64,000 nucleotides of DNA from Eledone cirrhosa (taxonomy: Eukaryota). The stretch spans positions 273,420,001 through 273,484,000 of the forward strand of contig OZ024740.1 in assembly GCA_964016885.1 (NCBI GenBank), in the 5' to 3' direction. Below the pieces are notes generated by a model. The model was not told where the DNA came from and made no database searches. It saw nothing but the letters and a program-made list of their open reading frames with translations. Shown one piece after another: positions 42,640 to 56,985 of this stretch. Positions within the stretch are counted from its first letter, which is position 1. Each line of letters starts with the position of its first letter. A program made the translations under genes and the position numbers.

Positions 42640-43070
42640 ACATGTGACATCGATTCCATTAACATTCTGTTTAAGCTCTTGCAATTTGCCGACTTCAGGA
42701 AATACAAGTTCAGCGAGAGAATTCCATAGAGCCGATGTTGTAATTACTGCCGTGCCAGGTAGAAGGATTTTCGGACAGAACATGGGTGATGAGGGGAAAA
42801 TAGGTGAGTGAATCTTGATTGGATGCATAGAGTTGGTTTGAGAGCAGCCAAATCTGAGGGGCAGAAACCACTGTAGTAGTTGAATAAAAAAAAGGGAGAA
42901 GACAGCACGACTGTGGACCAGAGGTTGGAGGTAGATTTGGAGTACATTCATGCAAATCAATCGAGTAGCTTTACTCTAGATCTGCATTTGCATACCTGTA
43001 TGTAGAAACATCAACGTTTCAGAGCACTAACATATTGTGGGTCCGTGGCATCTGAGATTCCTAGAGAGCT
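42640..43070 (-). pseudogene. Degenerate CR1/L2-group LINE C-terminus
   Basis: LQPLVHSRAVFSL, YYSGFCPSDL, TSALWNSL..VFP..LQELKQNVN. Confidence 0.55.
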
Positions 43071-43273
43071 GATAATTATTGAGGGAGGAAGTACTTTCTG
43101 GCACTTAATACCAGTTTACTGCTAGATATTCTGACGTCTACCTAGCTATAAATAATTTTCGGGGAGTTAATCCTCATTGATACAGACACATCAAAATGCT
43201 AGTATATATGATTAAAAATGTTGATCAATTTGTTACTGATTTGCTCCATTTCTGAGCTTATATGAAAGGAGTT

Positions 43274-43460
<187 letters not shown>

Positions 43461-43482
43461 TAGTCTTCAAATTTATTATTAT

Positions 43483-43516
<34 letters not shown>

Positions 43517-43520
<4 letters not shown>

Positions 43521-43715
43521 GACGTAAAATAAGAAAATTTTAAAAATTAAACACTTTTTAGTGAGTTGATTTTTAATTTTTAAAATTTTCTTATTTTACG
43601 TCTTTCATATAATTGTTCTGCTTCCCCCTGCATAGAACCACAAAGGTACTAAGACGTAACATATATATTTGCTAGCATGGGTGTACATCTGTACACATAT
43701 GTTGGTAGATATACT

Positions 43716-43718
<3 letters not shown>
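43517..43718 (+). mobile_element. TA-flanked fold-back element (family F)
   Basis: 35-bp arms 43517-43551 / 43572-43606; body matches 53445-53681 in reverse complement. Confidence 0.7.
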
Positions 43719-43792
<74 letters not shown>

Positions 43793-44985
43793 TATATATA
43801 TATATCCAAAACTAAACGGGTTATCACCCCAATAGAATTGTCATAAAATACAAACACACATACGCACGGAATCACTACTATTAAAGACCAGAGACCAATT
43901 CTGTAGAATCAGGTTTATTCGTTGACAGACCATGCCTTTGTGTGACCAACACATCCATGTTAAACCCTGCACGTGCACACACATATATCTATATATATAT
44001 GCGCACACAGAATTCACCACTGTCGGTTGCGGGGCCCAATCTACATGAAGAACTCAATGTGATCAGAATGACTTGTATTTTAATTTCACTGTCCCAACTT
44101 CTTATATTATGGAAAAAATGTATGTATATGTATGTATATATATATATATATATATTTGGAGGCCATTTCTCTGTGTGTGGGTGTATGTATGTGTATATGT
44201 GTGTGTGTGTGTATGTGTGTGCATGTGGATGTATGTATTGTGTGTGCGTGTGTGTGTGTATGTATGTGTGTATCTGGATGTATGCGTATGTGTGTATATA
44301 TATATATATGTGTGTCTGTGTATATATATGTATGTGTATGTGTATATATATGTGTGTGTGTGTGTGTGTATGTTTGTATGTGTGTATGTATATATATGTG
44401 TGTGTGTGTATGTATGTGTGGGTGTGGGTGTATATATATATATATATATATGTGTATATATATATATGTGTGTGTGTGTGTGTATGTATGTGTGTATCTG
44501 TATGTATGTGTATGTATATATATATGTGTGTGTGTGTATGTATATATATATGTGTGTGTATGTGTATATATGTGTGTGTGTGTGCATGTGTGTATATGTA
44601 TATATATATATATATATGTATATGTGTATGTATATGTATATGTATGTATGTGTGGATGAAGGTATGTGTGTATATATAGGTGTAAGTGCACTAAATCCCT
44701 TTCTATCACGCTCCACTCTCGTACCGACCACAGGAAGATATATATTGCTTCCACCCCCTCACTGACCAGCAGCTGGCCAGCTGGCCATTGCTAAATCTGA
44801 CCTTTATAAAATAACCCACACCCCAAATAACTGCTTATTCACTACCAGAAAGGGACACAGCAGTCAACTTGTTGCTACCTAGATGAAAACTACTATGAAA
44901 TCCCACAATGAATTTTATACTTGAATTTTCAAATCTCAAATTTTAACTCTTCGTATTATTAATTGTTCTTAATATTAATCAACAT

Positions 44986-45023
44986 TTGAAAAGATGGCTT
45001 TTGCAGACCCATCGAAACCGGTC
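44986..45023 (+). ncRNA. Decayed minimal hammerhead
   Basis: ttgaaaa (from CTGAAGA)-gatgg/ccatc-GAAA-ccgGTC with palindromic accggt. Confidence 0.45.
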
Positions 45024-45195
45024 ATTTTTTATACCCTTTATTATTTCCTTACCTTATAAAATTATATGTTTTCTCACAAAAAAGTATTCTGTCTCTTATA
45101 TATTCCATGTGCCATTACCAACCTCAATTTTCTCTATAACCTTCGTTTTGTGTAGAAAAGTACACTTCTCATATATATATATATATATATATATA

Positions 45196-45303
<108 letters not shown>

Positions 45304-45318
45304 ATGTATATATTTATA

Positions 45319-45391
<73 letters not shown>

Positions 45392-45399
45392 TATATATA

Positions 45400-45547
<148 letters not shown>

Positions 45548-45882
45548 GCGGCGATGAATTAGTTTTGCGAGGTTTTTTATATGAAATCGTGTGTCGAAAC
45601 AGATATTGTTATATTTGGGGAGGGTCATATTTGCGTAATATTGCCAGAATTAATAACAGAACACACTCACTGTTTGGTTGGTTTTCGCTTCTCGCTGTCT
45701 TTTATATATATATATCTGCGATCTAACTTACTCGGTCCTCAATGTTGCCATTGACTGACCGGCGGTCAAAAATAATACAGATACAATATAGACAAACACA
45801 TATATATATAGTTTACATAATTTACATAAATCTTTCGTTGCACATCTGCAACATCGTCAGTGGTGTTATATTCATATGCACG

Positions 45883-46962
45883 ATGGAAAGCATCCAGCAG
45901 ATAGCTAATTCCATACACCAGAGTATAACTGTAACTATAGACTTCCCTTCCAAACACCCTAACAATAGACTACCTGTATTAGACACAGAACTCTGGATTA
46001 ACACTATAGACGAGAGAGCCCAAATTCTCCACTCACACTATGCTAAACCCATGGCCTCCAAATACCTGATACTCAAAAACTCAGCAATGTCCAGTAGTGC
46101 TAAGTTTAATATTCTGATCGCAGATTTGGTACGAGTGATGAAGAATGTGTCCAGCATGTGCGACCCAACAGAAATGGAAGGACACATCCAACACTTCATC
46201 AACCGCATGCAGTTCTCTGGCTACAACCAAAGAGACAGAGTCAGAGTATACGAAGGAGCCATGGAAAAGTATAAGACCCTCATAGAACTGGACATGAAAG
46301 GAATTTGCCCACTATACAGGAGCAAATCATGGAATAGCTTAGATAGGGCTAGACATAAGATAGGGAAGGCCACATCATGGTACGACAACCAGAGATATCA
46401 GAGTGTCATGTTTGTGGACGCCACCCCTGGAGGGAAATTAGCTAACCAGTGTAGAAAGGCCCTGAGAAAGACCCACTTAAAAATAAAGGTGGTAGAAAAG
46501 CCAGGAACCACCATAAAATCCCTGATCAGCAAAACCTACCCTTTTAAGAAAACCCACTGTACCAATAGGAAATGTATCATATGTAAGGTAAACCCCCGGA
46601 TAAACTGTAAAACTAGAAACGTAGTCTATAGCATAAGATGTACAGAGGGTACTTGCAGAAACACGACAACAACATACATAGGTGAGACAGCTCGTAGCAT
46701 AGGTGAAAGGATAGACCAACACTGGGGGGAACTAAAAGGACGAAAAAACGGGTCAGTACTATACGGACATGCTAGACAACAACATGACGGTAACATAGAC
46801 AACATAGAAATTAGAATAATATCTAAACATAGGAATGACCCAGCAGATAGGCAAATCAGAGAGGCCAGTGAAATAGAAATTAGAAGACCAAAGCTAAACA
46901 GAAAGAATGAGTGGAACAACAACAACACCCAAACAAACAACACTGACCTAAGAGAAGTATAA
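45883..46962 (+). CDS. PLE C-terminal half (late RT/thumb, Cys-rich linker, GIY-YIG endonuclease), uninterrupted but 5'-truncated
   Basis: LPVLD, SAMS..K, MQFSGY, CTNRKCIIC, VVYSIRC..YIGETARS..R..H, RQIREA, LNRKNEW. Confidence 0.8.
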   Translation: MESIQQIANSIHQSITVTIDFPSKHPNNRLPVLDTELWINTIDERAQILHSHYAKPMASKYLILKNSAMSSSAKFNILIADLVRVMKNVSSMCDPTEMEGHIQHFINRMQFSGYNQRDRVRVYEGAMEKYKTLIELDMKGICPLYRSKSWNSLDRARHKIGKATSWYDNQRYQSVMFVDATPGGKLANQCRKALRKTHLKIKVVEKPGTTIKSLISKTYPFKKTHCTNRKCIICKVNPRINCKTRNVVYSIRCTEGTCRNTTTTYIGETARSIGERIDQHWGELKGRKNGSVLYGHARQQHDGNIDNIEIRIISKHRNDPADRQIREASEIEIRRPKLNRKNEWNNNNTQTNNTDLREV

Positions 46963-47247
46963 ATAAATAAGTAAATTAAATTAAATAAATAAAATAAGAT
47001 AAATAAATACATACACAAGCACATAAACACACACTAGTCACCCAGCAGACACAACACTATACACACTAGTCACACATCACACATAACACTATACACACAC
47101 GCAAACGCATGCGCAAAGAAGACAAAATAAAATAAGATAAACAAACAAGCAAATAAATAAATAAATATATAGACAGACTGAACAAAAAAAAAAAAAAAAA
47201 TGGCGTAGACATACAACACAACAGGAGGAACAATGAATATAACACCA

Positions 47248-47275
47248 CTGACGATGTTGCAGATGTGCAACGAAA
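47248..47275 (+). ncRNA. Hammerhead core in PLE family D pLTR
   Basis: CTGACGA-t-gttgca/tgcaac-GAAA; identical in inverted copy 45833-45860 and in 31878-31905; stems I and III unclear. Confidence 0.55.
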
Positions 47276-47516
47276 GATTTATGTAAATTATGTAAACTAT
47301 ATATATATGTGTTTGTCTATATTGTATCTGTATTATTTTTGACCGCCGGTCAGTCAATGGCAACATTGAGGACCGAGTAAGTTAGATCGCAGATATATAT
47401 ATATAAAAGACAGCGAGAAGCGAAAACCAACCAAACAGTGAGTGTGTTCTGTTATTAATTCTGGCAATATTACGCAAATATGACCCTCCCCAAATATAAC
47501 AATATATATATTTATA

Positions 47517-47580
<64 letters not shown>

Positions 47581-47589
47581 TATATAGAG

Positions 47590-47629
<40 letters not shown>

Positions 47630-47683
47630 TATATATATATGTGTATATATATGTATATATATATGTGTGTATATATATATGTA

Positions 47684-47721
<38 letters not shown>

Positions 47722-47723
<2 letters not shown>

Positions 47724-47926
47724 ACGGAGGAAATGTGGTAAGGAACCAGGTGGACCGTAACGCACCAAAGTACTCAATACTTAGATTAGTAGAGTGGGTA
47801 ATAGGAACGAGTAGGACCCTGACGGCTGAGCTCAAGCCGTTTCGACGGCTAATTCTGGACTAAAAACTAGTCCAGAATTAGCCGTCGAAACGGCTTGAGC
47901 TCAACCGTCGTGGTCCTACTCGTTCC

Positions 47927-47929
<3 letters not shown>
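47722..47929 (-). mobile_element. pLTR fragment (family G) with fold-back through the HHR
   Basis: 62-bp arms 47801-47862 / 47868-47929; GAAAcggct..agccGTC. Confidence 0.75.
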
Positions 47930-47967
<38 letters not shown>

Positions 47968-48353
47968 CTGTATATATAAATATACATATATATTAAGCCG
48001 TTGCAAGTGGATTTTGTCGATTTCGGATTTACAGAAACCTTGCGGAGATATTATAAGTTATATGTGATGTATATTATATATTATATGTTATATATTATGT
48101 GTTAAATGTGGTATCGACGCGATGGTCCAGGTTTGTCAGATATTCCTGAGTTCAGTCTTTTTGGTCGCTTTGGTCCCTGCGGCCTGTCTATCGGTCGCTG
48201 TCTTCATTTTGCAAAGCTGCCTAAACGTAATGTTATAACTCTAAGGTAATATACCTTATTGACTGCTTAGCTGCACACCTCCACTGCATTCGTTAGCTTG
48301 GCTTCAACCAGAGCTTCGATGATGCTGTACTAAATTTTGTTTTGTAGATTTAT

Positions 48354-48449
<96 letters not shown>

Positions 48450-48521
48450 TTATATATATATATATATATATTTATTTATATATATATATATTTATTTATA
48501 TATATATATATATTTATATTA

Positions 48522-48570
<49 letters not shown>

Positions 48571-48586
48571 ATATATATTATATATA

Positions 48587-48643
<57 letters not shown>

Positions 48644-48668
48644 ATTATATATATATATATATATATAT

Positions 48669-48820
<152 letters not shown>

Positions 48821-48906
48821 GGAGGTGAGTTTTATTGTAGTACAATAAAGCAATGCAGATATCGGATAAGAAGCACTCTACAGTTTGTAGGACTGGAGTA
48901 TACATA

Positions 48907-49139
48907 ATATAAACAGTTTTATAAATAATTTTGACGTACCCTATTAGATGCAACCATTATTTTTGGAAGCTGTCTGGATAGCTTCCAAAAATAATGGTTG
49001 CATCTAATAGGGTACTTCAAAATTATTTATAAAACTGTTTATATATTGTATTTTGTCTGATGAAGGCATACCATATTTTAATTTGGTATCCCTGAAATAA
49101 ATATGGTTTTATAAATATAGTTTCCATTTATTTAATATC

Positions 49140-49142
<3 letters not shown>
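48907..49142 (+). mobile_element. PLE family B 3' end with 68-bp fold-back and deleted HHR cleavage site
   Basis: Arms 48907-48974 / 48977-49044; CTGATGA 49057-63, GAAA 49094-97; terminus matches 9128-9175. Confidence 0.8.
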
Positions 49143-49191
<49 letters not shown>

Positions 49192-49910
49192 GATTTCATC
49201 ATCATCGTTGTTGTTTTCGTCGTTGTTGTCAGCATCGTCGTTGTCGTCCACTGTCTTATTATTACCACCTCCATTGCTTTCATCATTGTTTCAACATCCA
49301 TTCCTCTACATCACTTATCTCAAAACTTCATAATCAAACGAGAAAACTTTAACCGAAATTGTGATCGTATGTCATCGAACTAATTTATTTCCTCTTTGCA
49401 TCCCATATCTCGGAAAGCGACGGAGGAACCGTAAAAGAAAGAATGTTAACAAACAAGCAAAGGAAAATATAAATAACCAAAGAATAAATGAAAAAATAGA
49501 AAAGAAAATACAGAAATAAGCCGGGAGCTGGGAGAGGGGGTGGGCAAATGGGAGGGAGTTGTTGGGTGGGGGTGGAGAAGAAAACAAGCAAAGATGAAAA
49601 ACGAAAAAAAAAAAAAATAATAAAACGAATACAAAAAAAACAAAAAACGAATAGTTGTAGAGAATTGTAATTGGTAAATCTATTTTAGACTATGGAATAA
49701 ATAAATTAATGATGTTGCGAGGGATCTTCATCAAATTTTGTCTTGGAATCCATTTCTTCTGTTCATCATCGATGAGAAAATAGATACTTTTCATTCTCAC
49801 ACATATCCACACATACACCCAACCACGACCATTACAACCGAACAACGATTCACACCGCCACACTCTATTGTACATTCATCTCTCTTCTTTACCGCGTTGC
49901 TTATCACTTT

Positions 49911-50146
49911 ACCATCATCATCACCACCACCATCATCATCATCATCACCATCACCATCATCACCATCATCATCATCACCATCATCATCATCACCATCACC
50001 ATCATCATGACCATGACCATCACCATCACCATCACCATCATCATCATCATCATCAACACCATCATCACCAACATCATCATCATCATCATCATCATCACCA
50101 TCATCATCATCACCATCACCATCACCATCACCATCATCATCATCAT
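49911..50146. repeat. (CAT/CAC)n microsatellite
   Basis: Directly visible. Confidence 0.95.
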
Positions 50147-50720
50147 GGCGCTTTTACTCCCTCTCATCCTTTTGTTAATTTTCATTTCCGTTTCCTCTTT
50201 TTCTCACTCTCTTCTGTTTCTCGCGCCTTTCCTTATTTAGCGCCCAACTGTTTATACTACCCCCCTCTCCATCTCCCCCCTCTCCCTCTCTCTCTATCTA
50301 TATATATATATATATAGATATATATATGTATATATACATATATATGTACACACATACATTCATTCATGTATACTCACACACATACACATACATACATACA
50401 TACATACATACATACATACATACATACATACATACATGTTCTGGTTTGCTGTTGTTGCATTGCTGCAATTAAAAACATGGGGCAGTCAGTGGTGATGCCT
50501 TTAGAAGTTGTGGTAGTGGTAGTGGTAGTGGAGACACTAGCTATGGAGTGGAGGGCGAGCTAGTGAGGATGATGGTAATGGATGTAGTGTAGCTAAAGTT
50601 TGCATCTATGAATGATTTCGAGCCCCACTAACACAAATACTGTAATTCTCCTACTTCTACCGGTCAATATCGCCTTCACAGATTATTACGAGTCTCACCA
50701 CCATTTTACTACCATCATTC

Positions 50721-51074
50721 AGTATCGGTAGAGGGTCGGACGCCATGCTTGTGCAGTATAGAGTTATGGCCCTTTACGGTATGAGTTCAAATCACGCCGA
50801 TGTTAACTTTGCCTTTCATCCTTACGTGGTTGATAAAATAAAGTACCAGTAATACACTGGAGTGATTGCTGGCCTTGTGCCAAAACTAGAAACACTTATT
50901 TAATCCGGTCGAGCATCAGACAACATGCTTTGCAGCATAGCGTTATGACCCTTTACGTTCTGAGTTCAAATCACGCCGAGGTTAACTTTGCCTTTCATCC
51001 TTACGGGGTCGATAAAATAAAGTACCAGTAATACACTAGGTTAATTGCTGGCCTTGTGCCACATGTAGAAACAA
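50721..51074 (+). mobile_element. Two head-to-tail Nin/Deu-domain SINEs (50721-50893, 50905-51074)
   Basis: Two B-boxes gagttcaaatc and two family cores. Confidence 0.85.
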
Positions 51075-51407
51075 TCATTACACTAGTACAACCATTTTGT
51101 TTCTAGCGAGACCAACATCATTACCGTCATCACCATTACAAGGGATTGGTGGTGTTGGCGTTGGTGATGCTGGTTTTTGGTAGGGGTGCTGTTGCTTATA
51201 TCAATCTTGTTGTTGGCGGTGTTAGTAGTGTTGCAAATGATGGTGATTGTCGTGGTTGGGGTCGCGGGTGGTTGGAAAGGGTGGCAGACGTTCTTCTATG
51301 AAGAGATTACCAAAGTCATTATACACTGGGCACCTTGTCAGCTGAAACTAATTGCTATTTAGGAAGGGTAATCTCCTACAACTCCACCTCTTCCTCCTAC
51401 ATTTCAT

Positions 51408-51556
51408 TCACTACTACTACTACTACTACTACTATTACTACTACTACTACTACTACCACAACCACAGCCAGCACCACCTCAGCAGCAACACCACCACCAC
51501 CAACACCACCACCAACACCACTACCACCACCACCACAACAACAACACTACAACCAG

Positions 51557-51606
<50 letters not shown>

Positions 51607-51711
51607 TTTCTACTACTGCTACTACTACTACAGCCAGCACCAGCACTACCAACCCGACCAGAAGCAGCAGCACCACCACCAACACAACAGCAACAACACT
51701 ACCACCAGCAT

Positions 51712-51764
<53 letters not shown>

Positions 51765-51773
51765 TTACTGCAT

Positions 51774-51837
<64 letters not shown>

Positions 51838-51862
51838 GCTGCTACTACTACTACCACTACTT
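51408..51862. repeat. (CTA)n/(CAC)n/(CAA)n triplet field
   Basis: Directly visible. Confidence 0.95.
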
Positions 51863-52659
51863 CCTTGTTTACAGTTCTTTATTTACAGTTGTGGTTTTCA
51901 TAACAGAACTGTTATAGTAACTTTCGGTACTGATATCTGAAGTACTTTTCGTACCAATTGTCGTAGTTAGTGGATAGATATATAGTTGTTGGTTGTTATA
52001 TACACCTTCTGATACGTTTAAAAGAGGCATTGCGGTGGTGATGAAAGTGGTGAATTTAGTAGTTGTTATTTGGGTAAATATAAAAATCAAATAAATAAAA
52101 AAAAAAATGGTTGATCTTGTGCTTGCGTGTTATCTGAGGTGGAAATTATGAAGACGTTAATTTTGATAGTTCTACAAATACTAATTGTGACACTGCTAAA
52201 GGTGATAATGAGGTCGAGGTAAAATAAGTGGATAAGGTGCTGGATGGTTTTGTTGTAGTTGTGTTGGAAGTGTTAAAGGTGCTACATAGAATTTTGGTTA
52301 GATTAGCGAAGGTGGTAGTGGAAGCCGTGGTCATTGTAGTAGTTGTAGTGGTTGTTGTGGTAGTAGTAATATAGGTGGAGGATGTTGTGGTCGTGTTAAT
52401 AGAAAGGAGACCGGTATATTATTTTTGTTTTTTTTTGTAAAGATTAGTGTTCTTGTTCAGATTTGGTTGTGTCAATTTTAAATGTGGTATTGTAGATGTG
52501 GTGCATAAGTGGTGTATATTATTATGGTTGAAAGATTGAAATGGTGATGATGATGGTGGTGGTAGTGTTAGTAGTTGTGGTTTTTGGAGTACTTCTAAAA
52601 ATATTGGAAACAGTAGTTGTAGGAGTTATAGTCTAAAGAAAAAGTCTAAAGTCTGTATT

Positions 52660-52857
52660 AAGCCAGAAGGCTCATTTGTTACATGTCACCAAGTGACTGG
52701 GAGTACAAGACTCCCCGGTGGATAGGACGCCACTCGATCGCGGGTTAAATCATAACTATTGCTGGTACTCATTTTCAGCCGAGTATACTGGAGCAACGCG
52801 AAATGAAGTGTTTTGCTCAAGAACACAACACGCAACCCAGGAATCGAACCCACGACA
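52660..52857 (-). mobile_element. tRNA-derived CORE-like SINE
   Basis: Reverse B-box ggaatcgaaccc; ctggagcaacgcgaaatgaagtgttttgctcaag. Confidence 0.85.
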
Positions 52858-53214
52858 GAAGTTATAGTTGAAGTAATAATGTAATTTGTAGTGATAGGTG
52901 TTCAGTGGGTGATGGATTCAGCGAGTACAGATCATGACTGTGTTAAATAGGAAATTGTGTAATCTTTGTTTATCTTTTTTACTCATTCAGTCTCATACTG
53001 CACATCAGTCCACAATGATCAGTCATGTTCTCTCATATGTTAGGATGATGCTTCACGATAAGAGGTTCTTGTTGACATTCCCTCAATCCTCTTTCACTTT
53101 TTTGAAGAGAATTCATTGTGAGTATATTTCTAAGTCTCTTTCTGTCGAAAGAGACTTAGAAATAGTCTCTTTCGACAGAAAGAGAGGGGAGAGAGAGGGA
53201 GAGAGAGAGAGAGA

Positions 53215-53305
<91 letters not shown>

Positions 53306-53381
53306 GTGAAGTCAGTGGGATTCAAACATAAAATGAAGTTCCGCAATATTACCACATTGCATTTGGGCGTAATGTATGTGC

Positions 53382-53437
<56 letters not shown>

Positions 53438-53444
53438 TATATAG

Positions 53445-53681
53445 ATAATTTAATATATCTACTCACATAAGCGCACAGATGTACGCTAATGCCAGCAAAT
53501 ACACATGTTATGTCATAGTACCTAGGTGGTTCAATGCAGGAGGATGCAGAACAATAATATAAAAGACGTAAACTAAGAAACATTTTAAAAAAAAAATAAA
53601 AAAAAAATTAACTTACTAAATTTAAGTAAGTTAATTTTTAAAAAATTTTTTTAAAAATTTTCTTATTTTACGTCTTTTATA
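53445..53681 (-). mobile_element. Family F fold-back element, second copy
   Basis: Matches 43517-43718; inversion 53558-53681. Confidence 0.7.
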
Positions 53682-53710
53682 AATATATATATATATATAT
53701 ATATATAAAT

Positions 53711-53743
<33 letters not shown>

Positions 53744-53787
53744 AATATATATATATATAATATATATATATATATGAATATATATAT

Positions 53788-53818
<31 letters not shown>

Positions 53819-53823
53819 AATAT

Positions 53824-54176
<353 letters not shown>

Positions 54177-54178
54177 TA

Positions 54179-54217
<39 letters not shown>

Positions 54218-54538
54218 TTCGTCCTCTCTCTCCTCTCGATTACTTGCTAACATGTGCCATTGTCCTGTGTTTCCTTCTTCTATCGGTATGTTTTCTTCCT
54301 TTTTTTCCTTTTTCCTCTCTTTTTTTCTTTCTTTCTCTCTCTTCGCTATCGCTTCTTTCCCTCATAGTGTTTTGATAGATGAAAAGCTATGGGGGCGCTA
54401 CAGATAGATGTGTTGTCTATAATGCGCTGAAGCATCTGTGACCCGTAGTAGTCAACAGATGAAAGGAAAATATCCATCTCTTGTTTGTGTCGCTTTACTT
54501 TCTAACAATCGTTACCACACAGCCTCGTTGCTCTCAAT

Positions 54539-54588
<50 letters not shown>

Positions 54589-54670
54589 TGAAACAGTAAA
54601 CAAAAAAAACAACAACGTGGAAGCGAAGAGGCAGTACAAAATGTTAATATTAGTTTCACGCTTGAGAGTG

Positions 54671-54776
<106 letters not shown>

Positions 54777-55261
54777 CTTGTGTGTGTATGTGTGAGTATG
54801 TGTGTGTATGTGTGGAACTAGCACTAAGACAGCGTTTAAGCGTAATAGAGGTGTTTAGGAAAACATTTATAAGCATATAATTATACATTTACATACGATA
54901 AACATATGAGTAGACTCGTTATCAAAGTTACATAACTATCAATCGTATCCTATCATGAATCGTTGACTACAAAAGAAAGAAAGAAACAAACAAACAAGAA
55001 CCCTAAAAATATACACTTACTTGCCATGTATATTAAGTAATATATGATATATGTATAAACATACAAGCATATGCACATGCACATGACGATTTTGTTGTAT
55101 TCTTCATATGTTTCTGCTTGCTTTTATACATGTATAATCAGATGAAGGGGGATGTTTGTTTTTGTTTTAAACATATATATAAAACCATGCTCTACTACCC
55201 CTCTGGTGAGTAATGGTCTAACCAGTTTCTTACTGTATTCCTCTTGATTTATATATATGTA

Positions 55262-56098
55262 CTAGCAGTGGTACACGGCGTTGCACGGGATATGGTATTT
55301 TGGAACGCGGGCCGCCAATAGACCTAAAACTGCATGCCTGGACAATATGTAAAGAAAATAAACCGAATACTTTGAAGCAGGAAAAATGTAGGTTTTCACC
55401 TAATGCGGGCCCTAGGGGATCAAGAAAATGAATTTTTTTTATGTGTATAATATGCCTTGAAATTTCAGGAAAATCGGCTAGACGTAACGCCTCCAAAAAG
55501 CCCTAAGAAGCTGAAAAAATGAAGTTTTTCACCTAATGCGGGCCCTAGACCATAAGAGAGTTGGATTTTCTTTGCTCACGGTATGAAGAAGAGACTTACT
55601 AATACATAGTTACAAGTTCAAGGAAATCGGTCTGACGTAACGCCTCAAAAAAACCCTAAAAATGTTAAACAACGCAATTTTTCACATAATGCGCGGGCCT
55701 AGGAGAATAAAAAAGTTAAATTTTTTTATGTGCATAACACTCCCTTAACCATAAGTAATACACATGTAAAGTTTGAAAAGGATTCAAACGCACACACACA
55801 CACACAGACATCCTCACGAAGTGACGTAATGCAGACAGGCAGACATACAGACATATATTATAAGGGCGCGACCTTATAAGTATGTATCTATCTAAAAAGA
55901 GAAAGACTAAGAGTTATAGAGCGAGATCGCTAAATCGCCTAATGTGGTCCCTGGGGCATAGAAATTTGAAACTTCTCTTGCTGAGAACACTCCGTGAAAC
56001 ATAAGTATTACATGTGTAAAGTTGAAAACAGTCGGTTGGGTGGTTCTCGAGTCTTAGGAATTCGAACTCACACACACACAGACAGACATCCTCAGTTT

Positions 56099-56112
<14 letters not shown>
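55262..56112 (-). mobile_element. Non-autonomous Helitron-like element with internal ~130-155-bp tandem units
   Basis: Hairpin plus CTAG|T end; tatataaaactgaggatgtctgtctgtgtg start; cacctaatgcgggccctag recurs near 55398, 55530, 55683 and 55937. Confidence 0.65.
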
Positions 56113-56129
<17 letters not shown>

Positions 56130-56130
56130 A

Positions 56131-56220
<90 letters not shown>

Positions 56221-56223
<3 letters not shown>

Positions 56224-56371
56224 AGATACCAGGTGGACCATAACCTACCAGGGTACTCGACACTTGGGGTAGTAGATTGGGTTATATGAAAAATTTCAGG
56301 ACCGCTACTGCTGGGATCCGAATCTAGCTGTCGAAACGGCCGGAGATCAGCCGTAGGGCTCCTGAATTTTT
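56221..56371. mobile_element. Family G pLTR fragment with inversion
   Basis: ccaggtggaccataac..tactc shared; inverted gtcGAAAcggc..agccgta. Confidence 0.6.
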
Positions 56372-56384
56372 ACATTTATATATC

Positions 56385-56985
56385 TTTGTCTTAGATTCTT
56401 CCGCGCCGTTCGGCGCATCGACCAGTGAGTACGCACCAACGGTCGCGATCAGCGGCAACTTGGCTGCCATCAGGTCCTTCCGGAACCTTCGTCGCCAGGT
56501 GATCCTTGGACAACCTCGCCTCCGTTTACCGCCAGGCGGAGTCCATTTCAGCGCTGTTTTCGAATGCCGTTCATTTGGCAGACGCAGAATATGGCCAGCC
56601 AGCCGACACCGACGCTCCGTGACCACTCTCTGTAGCGTCCACGACTCGGCTCTCCGCAGGATATCCACGTTTCGCACTCCTCGGTCGCGCCAGGACACAC
56701 GAAGGATCTTTCGCAGGCACCACTGGTGGAAAGCGTTCAGCCGTCTTTCTATTTTTGCCGTACTCTTCCAGGTCTCGCTCGCATAAAACACTGTCGGCAG
56801 CACGATGCTCTTCTACAGGCGGAACTTGCTCTTGATGCTAATGCATGAAGACGACCAGACTGGGCACCGCCGCTGGAAAACTGCGGCTCCTTTGCTGATC
56901 CGACAGTTGATGTCGAGCTCCGCCTCGCCGATGCTTGTCAGGATGCTGCCCAGATAGGTGAAGTGATCGACTTCCTCGAGGTCCT
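56385..56985 (-). pseudogene. RTE LINE 3' fragment (late RT/thumb)
   Basis: EVDHFTYLGS, RISKGAAVF, VFYASETW, CLRKILRVSWRD, AGHILR, GKRRRGCPRITW. Confidence 0.9.

Noticed and set aside
54427-54478. HHR-like CTGAAGC-atctgt/acagat-GAAA
   Set aside because: Core deviates, stem III has a bulge at the cleavage site and there is no stem I. At best a decayed motif.
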